From positions 1 through 46,409 of the forward strand of contig CAYFXC010000013.1 in NCBI GenBank assembly GCA_964347045.1: DNA of 46,409 nt, given 5' to 3'. Below the pieces are notes generated by a model, which saw nothing but the letters and a program-made list of their open reading frames with translations, was not told the DNA's origin and did not search any database. Source of the DNA: an uncultured archaeon (GTDB lineage Archaea; Asgardarchaeota; Hermodarchaeia; Hermodarchaeales; Hermodarchaeaceae). How positions within the stretch are numbered: position 1 is the stretch's first letter; the number at the start of each line of letters is the position of its first letter. This document shows, in pieces, positions 28,461-37,510 of the stretch. The position numbers and the translations under genes are program-made.

Positions 28461-29798
28461 GTGAAATCTATTACTGGTTCCTCAGAAAAATTAGACCATC
28501 AAAAAGGAAAACCACTCACACCTCGACCTAGCCAAGAGGAGATTTTTCGTTCTATTGAAACCAAACGAGATCGCCTTATCGCAGTATTAGAAAAGCTCAT
28601 TCGAATTCCCACTGTTGTTCCGCCGGGAAATAACTACGAAGAAATTGTCCAGTATTTGGAATCACTTTTCCAGAATATGCAATTTCATACCGAACGAGTC
28701 GTTGTTCCCCAAGAAGAAATCGAAAAGATTCCACTCCCATTAGAAGGGCCTCGTATGAATCTTGTTGCGCAACAAAAGCATAATCGACAAGAAACGGTGA
28801 CGATTTACGCGCACATGGATGTTGTTCCCATAGAAGAACGGTGGACAAAAGATCCATTCAATGCCAATGTTGAGGAGGGAAAACTCTATGGACGCGGCGC
28901 AATTGATATGAAAGGTAGCATCGCCTCCATCATTGTCGCTTGTGAAGTAATGCAAGAACTTGCGCTCAAACCGCACTTCAATCTCATCTGCACTTTCTGC
29001 ACCGATGAAGAAATTGGCATGTACCCCGGAATCTTTCATCTAGCTAAGGAGGGGTATGTCCAAGGACATGTAATCAATGCCGAACTCGGAGGCCAAATGC
29101 CCCTTATTGTTGCAGGAGTCGCAGGCAATGTTGATGTGAGCATTACCTCCAAGGGTCGGAGTTGTCATTCAGGCATGAACTTCATGGGAACAAACGCTGT
29201 TGAAGCCATGATACCCATTCTCTTGGAGCTACAAAATCTGAAAGCGGAGGTTGAAAAACGTGAATCAGCCATTCCGCTTGTTCCCCTGCTACAGTCTTTA
29301 GGAGCCCCGTCAGACAAAGTCACCCCCATGTTTAACATTGACATTATCCAAGGGGGCACAAAGAGCAATATCATCCCTGCAGAATGTACAGTCGTAATTA
29401 ACCGGCGTTATATTCCAGAAGAACCCTATGAACAAGTTGTGCAAGAAATTAAACAAGCTGTAGAGCGAGGGAAGACTAAAAGCAAAGCCCTCAATGTCGA
29501 AGTTTCCTTCATCCATTCCTATCGCCCATTCAAAGCGGATATAACAAGCAAATACGCTATGAAAATGCGCGATGCCCTTAAAGCCGTCCACAACTATCAA
29601 GACGCAGAATTTATTATCGGAGGCGCAGCCGCGTCGACCGACATGGGCTTCATAGCCCAGGTTTGTGACATCGAGAGCATCATCGGAATAGGCGCAGCAT
29701 CCTTTGATAACCTCTCAGCACATAAGCCGGATGAATGGATTCGAATTGATGACCTCGTTAACATGACCAAACAGCTAGTTCACTATCTCTGCCTTTAA
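28461..29798 (+). CDS. M20 family (ArgE/DapE-like) amidohydrolase
   Basis: AHMDVVP, YGRGAIDMKG, DEE, GRSCHSG, AHKPDE. Confidence 0.9.
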   Translation: MKSITGSSEKLDHQKGKPLTPRPSQEEIFRSIETKRDRLIAVLEKLIRIPTVVPPGNNYEEIVQYLESLFQNMQFHTERVVVPQEEIEKIPLPLEGPRMNLVAQQKHNRQETVTIYAHMDVVPIEERWTKDPFNANVEEGKLYGRGAIDMKGSIASIIVACEVMQELALKPHFNLICTFCTDEEIGMYPGIFHLAKEGYVQGHVINAELGGQMPLIVAGVAGNVDVSITSKGRSCHSGMNFMGTNAVEAMIPILLELQNLKAEVEKRESAIPLVPLLQSLGAPSDKVTPMFNIDIIQGGTKSNIIPAECTVVINRRYIPEEPYEQVVQEIKQAVERGKTKSKALNVEVSFIHSYRPFKADITSKYAMKMRDALKAVHNYQDAEFIIGGAAASTDMGFIAQVCDIESIIGIGAASFDNLSAHKPDEWIRIDDLVNMTKQLVHYLCL

Positions 29799-29829
29799 CC
29801 AGAACTAGCCAATACCCTTCGCTTTATAC

Positions 29830-30092
29830 CTAGAGAAGAAAGGCTATCCAAGGCGTACTCAATGCCATCCAAAGCATCACGAGAAAGAGAACAACGCCCC
29901 CAAGAATCATTTGTCGCCCGCGAGAAGATTTCCAACCAGACAACCAAAAAACACCCCCAGTGCAATGAGCAACACAGCAGTGAAATTACCGAAAAAGAGG
30001 ATTACACTCCATGCGGTGATTAAATATTGAACAAAATCTGCAATGAATGAATCCAGTGGCAATTGAATACTCAGCAATACCAATATCTCCAT
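29830..30092 (-). pseudogene. Small membrane protein split by a 1-nt frameshift in a T6 run
   Basis: Frame 1 MEILVLL...IALGVFF; one extra T continues WLSGWKSSRGRQMILGGVVLFLVMLWMALSTPWIAFLL*. Confidence 0.55.
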
Positions 30093-30224
30093 TTGGTATT
30101 CACGACATAGGTTCATTCACTAAAAACAACTTAAACCCCCCAAAAATGCGCAAAAAGTCCATAGGTAAATGCCTCATCCAACAACTTAATTGATTATATC
30201 CAATAAGCCTGAGGCGAGATTCCG

Positions 30225-31118
30225 ATGGCAAGAGAACAATTGGAAGCGGTAACTGACCAGGTTTTTTTAGTGCATGGTGAAAACGAAGGTCGATTTCCCC
30301 GCGCTCACTCCTTCCTCATTGCAGCAGAGGAAACTGTGCTAATCGACACTGGATGTGGTATTTCTCGCCTACGGGAACTTAAACAAGAATTCGAAATTGA
30401 TTATATCATTAACTCACATACCCATCCCGATCATTCAGCAGGGAACTGGGTATTTCATGACCTCCGTATTTTCGTACCCCAAGAATCCTTCAGCACAAGC
30501 GGAAATCTCGTCGGGCTTTCAAAACGATTTGTTGGAAACGTGCTTGCCCCGATTTGGCGACAATTTGCCCAAACCCAAATGGAATTTCAAAACTGCCGTC
30601 CCACTCACAGTTTCAATGAGAACTCGGCGTTCCAATTCAGTGATTTAACACTTACTCCAATCTATACACCAGGCCACACTAGTGACCATTATTGTTTCTA
30701 CGATGAGAAGAATCGTATCCTTTTTTCTTTTGACTATGATCTTACACAATTTCCCTGGTATGGTCATCAAGAATCCAGTCTAACCGAATTCCGACAATCA
30801 ATCACCCGTTTGAAGAAACTGCCTTCAAAAAAGATTGTCACTTCCCACCGAGGGATTATCAGCTCAAAAATCAAATCTGAATGGAAACAATATTCACAGC
30901 ATCTTGACGAAAGAAATCAGCGGATTCTCAATCTCCTAGAATCACCAAAAACACTCGACCAGCTAGTTGAAGCCAAACCTATCTATCGAAAATTCCCGTA
31001 CCAAGAACCCCTTCTCCGGTACTGGGAACAAATAATGATTAAACTTCACTTAGCCGAACTTCAAGATACTGGTAAAATTTCCCAACAGGATAAAAAATAT
31101 CGTCATACAAAAAAGTGA
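30225..31118 (+). CDS. MBL-fold metallo-hydrolase with C-terminal winged helix
   Basis: IDTG, SHTHPDH, TPGHT, D, SH. Confidence 0.9.
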   Translation: MAREQLEAVTDQVFLVHGENEGRFPRAHSFLIAAEETVLIDTGCGISRLRELKQEFEIDYIINSHTHPDHSAGNWVFHDLRIFVPQESFSTSGNLVGLSKRFVGNVLAPIWRQFAQTQMEFQNCRPTHSFNENSAFQFSDLTLTPIYTPGHTSDHYCFYDEKNRILFSFDYDLTQFPWYGHQESSLTEFRQSITRLKKLPSKKIVTSHRGIISSKIKSEWKQYSQHLDERNQRILNLLESPKTLDQLVEAKPIYRKFPYQEPLLRYWEQIMIKLHLAELQDTGKISQQDKKYRHTKK

Positions 31119-31121
31119 TTT

Positions 31122-31144
31122 GAGGGGAGGTTAGATCTCCCCTC
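31122..31144. terminator. GC-rich hairpin between convergent genes
   Basis: GAGGGGAG-N7-CTCCCCTC. Confidence 0.55.
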
Positions 31145-31190
31145 CAATTGTGGCAAATCCAGAGATTTCCCATTCACCATTTAGCCAGTA

Positions 31191-31433
31191 TCATTTTGGT
31201 TCTATGACAAAGTCTGAACTCAGTGATATTGTTCCGTCCCAGCTTAGAAAAGCGAAGTCAAAGCCCACATAGGGTGAATCAACAGCGATTTTGGGAGTGG
31301 TTGCACAAGGATTAGCCTCAAGGAATTTCAAAGATTGATTAGTGTAAATTATACCTACAGGAAGAGCTACCATGGTAACAAAAAAAATTAACCCGATTCC
31401 GAGCCAGATGAGTTTTTTTGTTTCTTGGTTCAT
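31191..31433 (-). CDS. 80-aa single-pass membrane/secreted protein
   Basis: GGAGG SD before ATG; MNQETKK then a hydrophobic helix and a short polar domain. Confidence 0.65.
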   Translation of the reverse strand: MNQETKKLIWLGIGLIFFVTMVALPVGIIYTNQSLKFLEANPCATTPKIAVDSPYVGFDFAFLSWDGTISLSSDFVIEPK

Positions 31434-31441
31434 TTTCAAAT

Positions 31442-31501
31442 CCCTCCAATTGGTTACCCATTTTATGAAAGCAACACAGTTGTTTGGTGATTGAACTATT
31501 G
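31442..31501 (-). repeat. Fixed-spacing leader element, copy A
   Basis: Plus strand CCCTCCAATTG-N30-TTTGGTGA-N5-CTATTG; same blocks and spacing at 33544-33603. Confidence 0.75.
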
Positions 31502-31507
31502 AAGAAA

Positions 31508-31547
31508 TACATATCAATCGACGGGAGCTAGGATGTGCAAAAAATCG
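31508..31547 (-). promoter_or_regulatory. Conserved 40-bp upstream motif, copy 1
   Basis: CGATTTTTTGCACATCCTAGCTCCCGTCGATTGATATGTA; 33 of 41 aligned columns match 32701-32739. Confidence 0.7.
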
Positions 31548-31621
31548 TAGAAAGAACAAACTGAGAGATGAAATTTGCACTAAATGGTGTAAATCTCGGT
31601 TTTCCCAGCACTCTCCCAAAA

Positions 31622-32563
31622 TTATGGATTGAGTAAGGTGTCCAACTGATTTTGCCCCAACCCTGGGAATTTACGATGAGGGAACATGACCATGGAATGA
31701 ACAATCGTACTATATGACAACTCTTTGAGTTGAAAGTCAATATCCTCAACTCGATGGAGATTATTAACAGCAAAATCGAGCAGGAGCGTGGGTTCGCTAG
31801 TAAGCAGATACGACGTCCAATATTCAAGAGGATATTTCTGCTCAAGCCAGGAAACCAGTTTTTTGGGAGTAATTTTCTCCCCATCATAACGCATACGACA
31901 ACGAAATTCGATTTGATCAGCAGAGCTACGTAGCCATTCAAGCGTAAACCGTATCATGCTTGTGTTATGAAATTCGTGAAGCATCATACGCACACGTTTT
32001 GCAGACAGTTTCGTCTGACGAGCAATATCGACAACTGGCATGCGTGGATTTTGACGGAGACATCGTAAAACGTCAACTTGTGACCTTGATAACGCAAAAT
32101 CTAGCCCAATGGGTCTAACAAAAGAGCTAGTAGTGCCATGAGGGTGCATTTCAATACATTCGTGGATTTCAACATGGGAAACTCGGTCGAGCGCACGAAG
32201 AAACTGACCAAAATTTATCGTGCCCATCTTCCCGCGAACATCAGCTTCAATGTCATACTTTCCATTTGCTAAGCGAGAGACTAGCCGAACAACGGGACTC
32301 TTTCCAATATTGTTAATGAATGATTGAATGTCTTCTGATCCAAGTGTCGTAACCTCCGCAATTACTAGATGCGCACCAAGAAGTTCGGGATTCAACTCAA
32401 TGATGAATCGCTGAATCACGCCGGAGTCCTTGAGTTTTTCAATGCGACTTCGGACGGTTTTACTCGAGATTCCAATCTTTCGAGCTAGTACTCGATAGGA
32501 CTGACGACAATTACCCTCCAATTCGGCAATAATGCCTTTATCAACCATATCCACCGGTGACAC
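31622..32563 (-). CDS. Tandem (double HTH) Lrp/AsnC family transcriptional regulator
   Basis: D..II.EL..NCRQSY..LA..IGIS..TV..RI..L...GVI and a second HTH L..NPRMP..DIA..T.LS.KRVR. Confidence 0.88.
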   Translation of the reverse strand: MSPVDMVDKGIIAELEGNCRQSYRVLARKIGISSKTVRSRIEKLKDSGVIQRFIIELNPELLGAHLVIAEVTTLGSEDIQSFINNIGKSPVVRLVSRLANGKYDIEADVRGKMGTINFGQFLRALDRVSHVEIHECIEMHPHGTTSSFVRPIGLDFALSRSQVDVLRCLRQNPRMPVVDIARQTKLSAKRVRMMLHEFHNTSMIRFTLEWLRSSADQIEFRCRMRYDGEKITPKKLVSWLEQKYPLEYWTSYLLTSEPTLLLDFAVNNLHRVEDIDFQLKELSYSTIVHSMVMFPHRKFPGLGQNQLDTLLNP

Positions 32564-32700
32564 CGATTTTTCGATGTAGTCTTACATTACTGTATTAGAT
32601 GTATATATCGATTCGCTTTTGAACTACAACAACTCTACAGCCTTGAACTGGATTCTACACCACACTGTTCAAAAATCTGCTAAAAAGGGGTTACCAGCGT

Positions 32701-32739
32701 CGATTGTTGCACCCCTAGGCTCCCTTTGATTGATATGCA
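32701..32739 (+). promoter_or_regulatory. Conserved 40-bp upstream motif, copy 2
   Basis: CGATTGTTGCACCCCTAGGCTCCCTTTGATTGATATGCA. Confidence 0.7.
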
Positions 32740-32796
32740 ATGTCTCCTTTTAGTTAATTGTTCTTCGGAACTGTACTATTGGATGGTGGTGATAAA

Positions 32797-33063
32797 ATGG
32801 TAGCCAAAGATGTGGGACAGAATTCACAACAAATCGGCTTGGTCCCTCAAGAAAGAACCGAGCAATGCTCCTATCATTGGATGTATGAAACCGCACAGGA
32901 TCAGGATATCGAAGTTCAAGTGACAGCTGTCGGACAGGGACTATTCACAATTGATACTCTCTGGTATCGTACTCAAGTACGAACCTACGATTTACTCGAT
33001 ACGGTTGTTCGTTTCTGCCAAAATATGTATGGTCCGGGAAAACTCACAATTATCATGCAATAA
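32797..33063 (+). CDS. Small hypothetical protein (88 aa)
   Basis: GGTGGTGA SD before ATG; plausible alpha/beta composition. Confidence 0.6.
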   Translation: MVAKDVGQNSQQIGLVPQERTEQCSYHWMYETAQDQDIEVQVTAVGQGLFTIDTLWYRTQVRTYDLLDTVVRFCQNMYGPGKLTIIMQ

Positions 33064-33091
33064 TATCAAACTTCAGGCACACCAATTGATT

Positions 33092-33517
33092 TCATGCGTT
33101 CGGCGGTTTAAATTTAGTAAAAAACGCTTTACTAGGTTCCTCATCGATTTCACAGGAGGCAACCCAGATCCCCTCCTCATCGAAGAAATCTAGATTGAAG
33201 CCAGCCTTTTGAAGAGCAAGAAGATATTGGAAGAGCATTAGAATTTCCTCTAACGAGACGCGAAGCTGAGGTTGATCAGGTGATGAAAATTCGTTGGAGG
33301 TTAAATTGGCGTCTAGTCCCCAGATCTGCTCAGGAAGAGTTATCTCGATTTCCATTTTAATTAGTTGAGGTTCTTCTGGCTTGCGAACGAGGATGATTCG
33401 GATTTGATCCGTTTCATGAATGGTGATTGTCTTTTCAGACAACCCGTATTTAACAAAATCATCCACACGAAGTGAAAGTAATTGCCGGTATTCTTTGATC
33501 AAATCCGAATACTTCAC
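33092..33517 (-). CDS. Hypothetical protein, paralogue of 45860-46282
   Basis: MKYSD...IHETD..R...QL...L......YLL.L..AGF.L....EEG.W.A shared with the paralogue. Confidence 0.8.
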   Translation of the reverse strand: MKYSDLIKEYRQLLSLRVDDFVKYGLSEKTITIHETDQIRIILVRKPEEPQLIKMEIEITLPEQIWGLDANLTSNEFSSPDQPQLRVSLEEILMLFQYLLALQKAGFNLDFFDEEGIWVASCEIDEEPSKAFFTKFKPPNA

Positions 33518-33543
33518 CGCATCTTAGCTCCTCGTTGGGTCAA

Positions 33544-33603
33544 CCCTCCAATTGTGTTGGCAATAAGCTTGGATGACCATCGACTTTGGTGACATTTCTA
33601 TTG
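33544..33603 (-). repeat. Fixed-spacing leader element, copy B
   Basis: CCCTCCAATTG-N30-TTTGGTGA-N5-CTATTG with a different N30. Confidence 0.75.
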
Positions 33604-33723
33604 ACCGGTCCTAATGGGGTTCCGAAAGGGTCTGAAATTCATGAAAAATCGGCATATTGAGGACTTCTATTCCCAGAAAACGGCATCGCGAATATTTTTC
33701 GTAAGAAGTCAAGAGAAGCAAGG

Positions 33724-33733
33724 TTTTTTATAC
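33724..33733 (+). promoter_or_regulatory. TATA box of SSB-2
   Basis: TTTTTTATAC 119 nt upstream of GTG. Confidence 0.65.
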
Positions 33734-33852
33734 TGGTATCGGGTTGGCATGAGTATCAGCACCGAAATGTGAATTGTGTTTGGGCTAGATTCCAGGTATG
33801 GTTGAGTCCCGAGTTACGTTCTCTTTTTGGAAGCCTGATTTGAGATAGATAC

Positions 33853-34368
33853 GTGGTACCGAAAATGAGCTATGATAGAGAGCCTGTTGAGGCAACAGTC
33901 GCAGACTTGCGACCTAGTATGAAAAGTTTGAACATCACCTTCAAAGTCATCGAGAAGGGCGAAGAACGCGAAGTCACCTCACGTCGCGATGGCGAAACCC
34001 ACCGAGTATTAGATGCGGTGGCTGGTGACTCCACTGGTACAATCGTTTTATCCCTTTGGGACGATATGATTGATACGGTCGAAACTGACAAGAGCTACCG
34101 TTTAGAAAATGGTTACACCAGCCTGTTCCAAGGCCATCTCCGATTGAACATCGGACGCTATGGTGAACTGAAAGACGCAGACAGTGAAATCGACGAAGTC
34201 GACATGGACAACGATCTTTCTGCTGCCGAACATGAACGTCCTCCCCGTCGATCCTATGGTGGATATGGCGGTGGGCGCAGCTATGGTGGCGGTGGACATC
34301 GTGGTGGCGGTTATCGTCGCGGTGGTGGCGGTTCACGCCGTGGAAGCCGAGATCGAGGTCGCTACTAA
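33853..34368 (+). CDS. ssb: Single-OB-fold SSB with long RGG/YGG tail (SSB-2)
   Basis: OB fold highly similar to SSB-1; tail RRSYGGYGGGRSYGGGGHRGGGYRRGGGG...DRGRY. Confidence 0.9.
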   Translation: MVPKMSYDREPVEATVADLRPSMKSLNITFKVIEKGEEREVTSRRDGETHRVLDAVAGDSTGTIVLSLWDDMIDTVETDKSYRLENGYTSLFQGHLRLNIGRYGELKDADSEIDEVDMDNDLSAAEHERPPRRSYGGYGGGRSYGGGGHRGGGYRRGGGGSRRGSRDRGRY

Positions 34369-34384
34369 GAGAAGACCAACCCAT

Positions 34385-34440
34385 ATGGAGGCGAAGCCAC
34401 ACATTTTTTGGCTCGACCTCCCATTTTCCTTTTTTTATTT
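34385..34440 (+). terminator. Hairpin plus U-tract after SSB-2
   Basis: ATGGAGGCGAAGCCA...TGGCTCGACCTCCCAT, then TTTCCTTTTTTT. Confidence 0.65.
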
Positions 34441-34468
34441 CAAAATTAGCATTTACGAAATCGAAGTT

Positions 34469-34978
34469 TTACTCAGATTTTCGTTCAATCCGTGACCACA
34501 TGAATCCGCGTGTCCGACGAACCGGTGTTTCCCGACGGTCTCTGGATCCTTTTTCATCTTTTGAACCCATTTTTGCTGAGCGTGGTTTAGACGATAAGTT
34601 ACGTTCAGTATTAACTTCTGATATCGCTTGGTCCGAAGCCTCAAGTTTTCCGCTTCGCCCCAAACTAACTTGTAATCGTCCTTGAAAAAGGCTTGACTGT
34701 CCACCGACAATACGAAAGGTTTTAGCATCTTCGATTTGCGAAATCTCATCATCCCACAGGGTAAGGAGCATGACTCCGGTTTCATCACCGATGAGCACAT
34801 CCGCCACACGGTGGTTCGAGCCATCATGACGGCTTTGTACTTTCCGAATGGCTTCCGTTTTTATGACTTTAAAATGAAAAGTAATTCCCCGTTGATAAGG
34901 CTGGAGGGTGGCTAATTTCTGTGCAAGATTTTTCGACACAATAATGACCTTGGTTAGTTTGTTGATCTGCGAGTCCAA
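34469..34978 (-). CDS. ssb: Divergent single-OB-fold SSB with basic tail (SSB-3)
   Basis: HRVADVLIGDETG...LTLWDD, SLFQGRL.V.LGRSG; start uncertain. Confidence 0.85.
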   Translation of the reverse strand: MDSQINKLTKVIIVSKNLAQKLATLQPYQRGITFHFKVIKTEAIRKVQSRHDGSNHRVADVLIGDETGVMLLTLWDDEISQIEDAKTFRIVGGQSSLFQGRLQVSLGRSGKLEASDQAISEVNTERNLSSKPRSAKMGSKDEKGSRDRRETPVRRTRGFMWSRIERKSE

Positions 34979-35262
34979 AAAGCGTTCGTGACCCGCGGAC
35001 TAACCAGCGTTTATAAGTTAGAACCCAAGAGCCTAGTAACTTTTTCTTTAACAGACCATTGGAGCAATTCACGAAGCTCCTTAAATATTTACCTTGTAAT
35101 CCAACTCGATGAACTAAAAAATCAAAAGTAGCATCTTCGAAAAAAATAACGGCCTTGGCTAGAAATTGGCGATTTTTTTGGGGATTTGACTCGTTTGTGA
35201 ACCGGTCAGTATCTAAAATTTTTTATCTTCAGGTTCTAGGCGAGTTAAATGGGTGAACATGG

Positions 35263-36468
35263 ATGGTGCTTCATGTTCCTAAGTTCCTCAGTTTCTTCCT
35301 TTTCTGTTCCATGCTATTTGTCATTCCTTTGCCAGCCCAAAATACAATTAGCACATCTTTTGCCAATTATTGGCCCACCCAAGAATGGGAAACCGCGCCA
35401 CCAGACTCCCAGGAGGTGGACAGTACGCTTTTACAGGAAATGGAAGAAGAAATCACCTACAGACTATGGCGGAACGATATCATTTCACTGCTCATTGTAC
35501 GGAATGGCTACCTCGTGTATGAGAACTACTTTGGTGTCCCCGAGCGTATAAACTATGCCAATGAAATTCATTCCTGCACAAAAAGCGTCACGTCAATCCT
35601 TGTCGGCATCGCCTTAGCACAGGGTCTGATTGGAAGTGTCGACGACTACGTGCTAGATTATTTCCCTGACCGTACGTTTGATAACATGGATGATGACAAG
35701 CAAGCGATTACCATACGCCACTTGCTCACGATGACTTCAGGGCTTCCCTGGGATGAATCTTCTTACCCGTGGGGGCATCCTCTCAACGATTACAGCGCCA
35801 TTGTTAACAGCAGTGATTGGGTGCAATGGATGCTGGATCGCCCCATGGAATATGCCCCTGGCGAAGTCTGGAACTATAATACCGGTGGATCCCATGTCCT
35901 GTCAGCCATCGTATCAGAAGCCTCCGGCATAAATACCAGCGTATTCGCTGATACCTACCTGTTCACGCCCTTAGGTATCACCTCGTTTGCTTGGCCCGGT
36001 GACGCCAATGGCCACGCCATGGGTGGTTCTGACTTGTATTTGATTCCACGCTTTATGGCAAAAATTGGCTATCTTATGCTACGTGGCGGGCACTGGGAAG
36101 GACAAACAATTGTACCCCTCGCCTGGGTGCTCGAATCGTCCGTAAATCATCATAATTTCATCCCAAATAATCCCAATGCCGAAGGCTATGGATACCAATG
36201 GTGGACCTATCCTCGTTTGAGCGCCTACTGTGCCCGAGGCTATTTAGGCCAGTATATCTGGGTGATTCCCAGCCATGACCTCGTCGTCGTCATCACCGGT
36301 AACAGCAACGCCATCGAAGACCACTGGCTCATAGAACGCCACATCCTACCCGCAACCACACCGCTCCCTCCACAGCTCAATCCTGTATTGATTTTGGTTC
36401 CTGTCGGAGTCGGTCTCAGTATCGCGGTCATTCTCAGTGCCTATTATTGGAAGCGTCGAACACGATAA
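35263..36468 (+). CDS. Serine hydrolase, beta-lactamase/AmpC-like, surface-anchored
   Basis: Signal peptide, SCTK (SxxK), LLTMTSG, YN, YGYQWW, C-terminal TM plus KRR. Confidence 0.9.
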   Translation: MVLHVPKFLSFFLFCSMLFVIPLPAQNTISTSFANYWPTQEWETAPPDSQEVDSTLLQEMEEEITYRLWRNDIISLLIVRNGYLVYENYFGVPERINYANEIHSCTKSVTSILVGIALAQGLIGSVDDYVLDYFPDRTFDNMDDDKQAITIRHLLTMTSGLPWDESSYPWGHPLNDYSAIVNSSDWVQWMLDRPMEYAPGEVWNYNTGGSHVLSAIVSEASGINTSVFADTYLFTPLGITSFAWPGDANGHAMGGSDLYLIPRFMAKIGYLMLRGGHWEGQTIVPLAWVLESSVNHHNFIPNNPNAEGYGYQWWTYPRLSAYCARGYLGQYIWVIPSHDLVVVITGNSNAIEDHWLIERHILPATTPLPPQLNPVLILVPVGVGLSIAVILSAYYWKRRTR

Positions 36469-36497
36469 CCTTGTTCTAATAATTTACAGCCAAACCC

Positions 36498-36537
36498 AAA
36501 AAAAGAAGGAAGAACCCGTCCAAGTATTGAGACGGGT
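36498..36537 (-). terminator. Hairpin plus U-tract between convergent genes
   Basis: ACCCGTC-N10-GACGGGT with an adjacent A-run on the plus strand. Confidence 0.6.
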
Positions 36538-36559
36538 CCTTTAATATTGTCACCACGGG

Positions 36560-37249
36560 CTATAAGAGATTGAACCAACAGGTATCAGGTGCCTCTGGGG
36601 GTAGCACCCCAATCATCTTCAAAAAAGCGACATCCATGTCGCTATTCCACTCGCCAAAAATGTCTACAAAGACTAATTTTAACGTATGCGGACCAGGTCC
36701 AATGATTGCTTTGAGTTCACCGGCTCGAAAAACAGTTCCAACCCGATAGAAATACACAGGCCAGCCTTCATCACCTGAATGTGGAATATAGACAACGGGT
36801 GAAATTCGAAGGTCCACCTCATATGGGGTCTCAGTATCCCAATCGATAATGATTTTTAGCTCAATGCTTTCCTGAACTTCCTTGGCGGTTTTCTGTGTTA
36901 ATGGATTACCAGCGTAATCCCGATCGAGACCCATTCCGAAGCCGATTACTATTTCGTCGTCACCATTATAATCCGGCAATTCAGGATCCCAGGGAACCCC
37001 AGCCTGAAGGTCATCGAATGGATCACACCACCAATACATTATGAGACGACTGGTTTCAGGATCCCACGAGTCGAGCATGGTTTGCCATGGTGCTGAGTGC
37101 CAATTAGATGGAAAGTTTATACCAAAACTAGGAATTCGGATGAATGAATTGAGTTCTCCGTGGCTGGCAACGGCCAGGGGGACAAAGGCGAAGCCAATGA
37201 TTGGGACGAAAAGTAGAATCACTAGTACGATCTTTGTTTTATTTCTCAT
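36560..37249 (-). CDS. Secreted hypothetical protein
   Basis: GGAGG SD, MRNKTK plus hydrophobic signal; acidic W/P-rich beta domain. Confidence 0.75.
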   Translation of the reverse strand: MRNKTKIVLVILLFVPIIGFAFVPLAVASHGELNSFIRIPSFGINFPSNWHSAPWQTMLDSWDPETSRLIMYWWCDPFDDLQAGVPWDPELPDYNGDDEIVIGFGMGLDRDYAGNPLTQKTAKEVQESIELKIIIDWDTETPYEVDLRISPVVYIPHSGDEGWPVYFYRVGTVFRAGELKAIIGPGPHTLKLVFVDIFGEWNSDMDVAFLKMIGVLPPEAPDTCWFNLL

Positions 37250-37510
37250 TGTTTGTTTTTCCCTCCAACTTGGGCGTTGAGTGTCCGACAACGACCAGTG
37301 AAGCAGTCGGTTTAATTCCGTAATCGCTTTTATAATAACGGGTATTGTGGTGGTAACATACGAGTCGAAAATTAGATAAAAAGAGACAAAAGCGTACATC
37401 TTGTTTTCTCAAAAAGGCGCTTTTCACTAGCAAATTTAAAGAAGAGAAACTTAAATCGCAGCATCAGAAGGAAGGAGCTCCGCTATTATCGATAAGGAGC
37501 AAACGGAACC

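Noticed and set aside
31140-33603. CRISPR array interpretation of the repeated element
   Set aside because: Copies are dispersed rather than tandem, blocks are only 6-11 nt, and there are no cas genes.
35170-35208. CGATTTTT...ACCGGTCA resemblance to 33602-33651
   Set aside because: Low-complexity match with inconsistent spacing.
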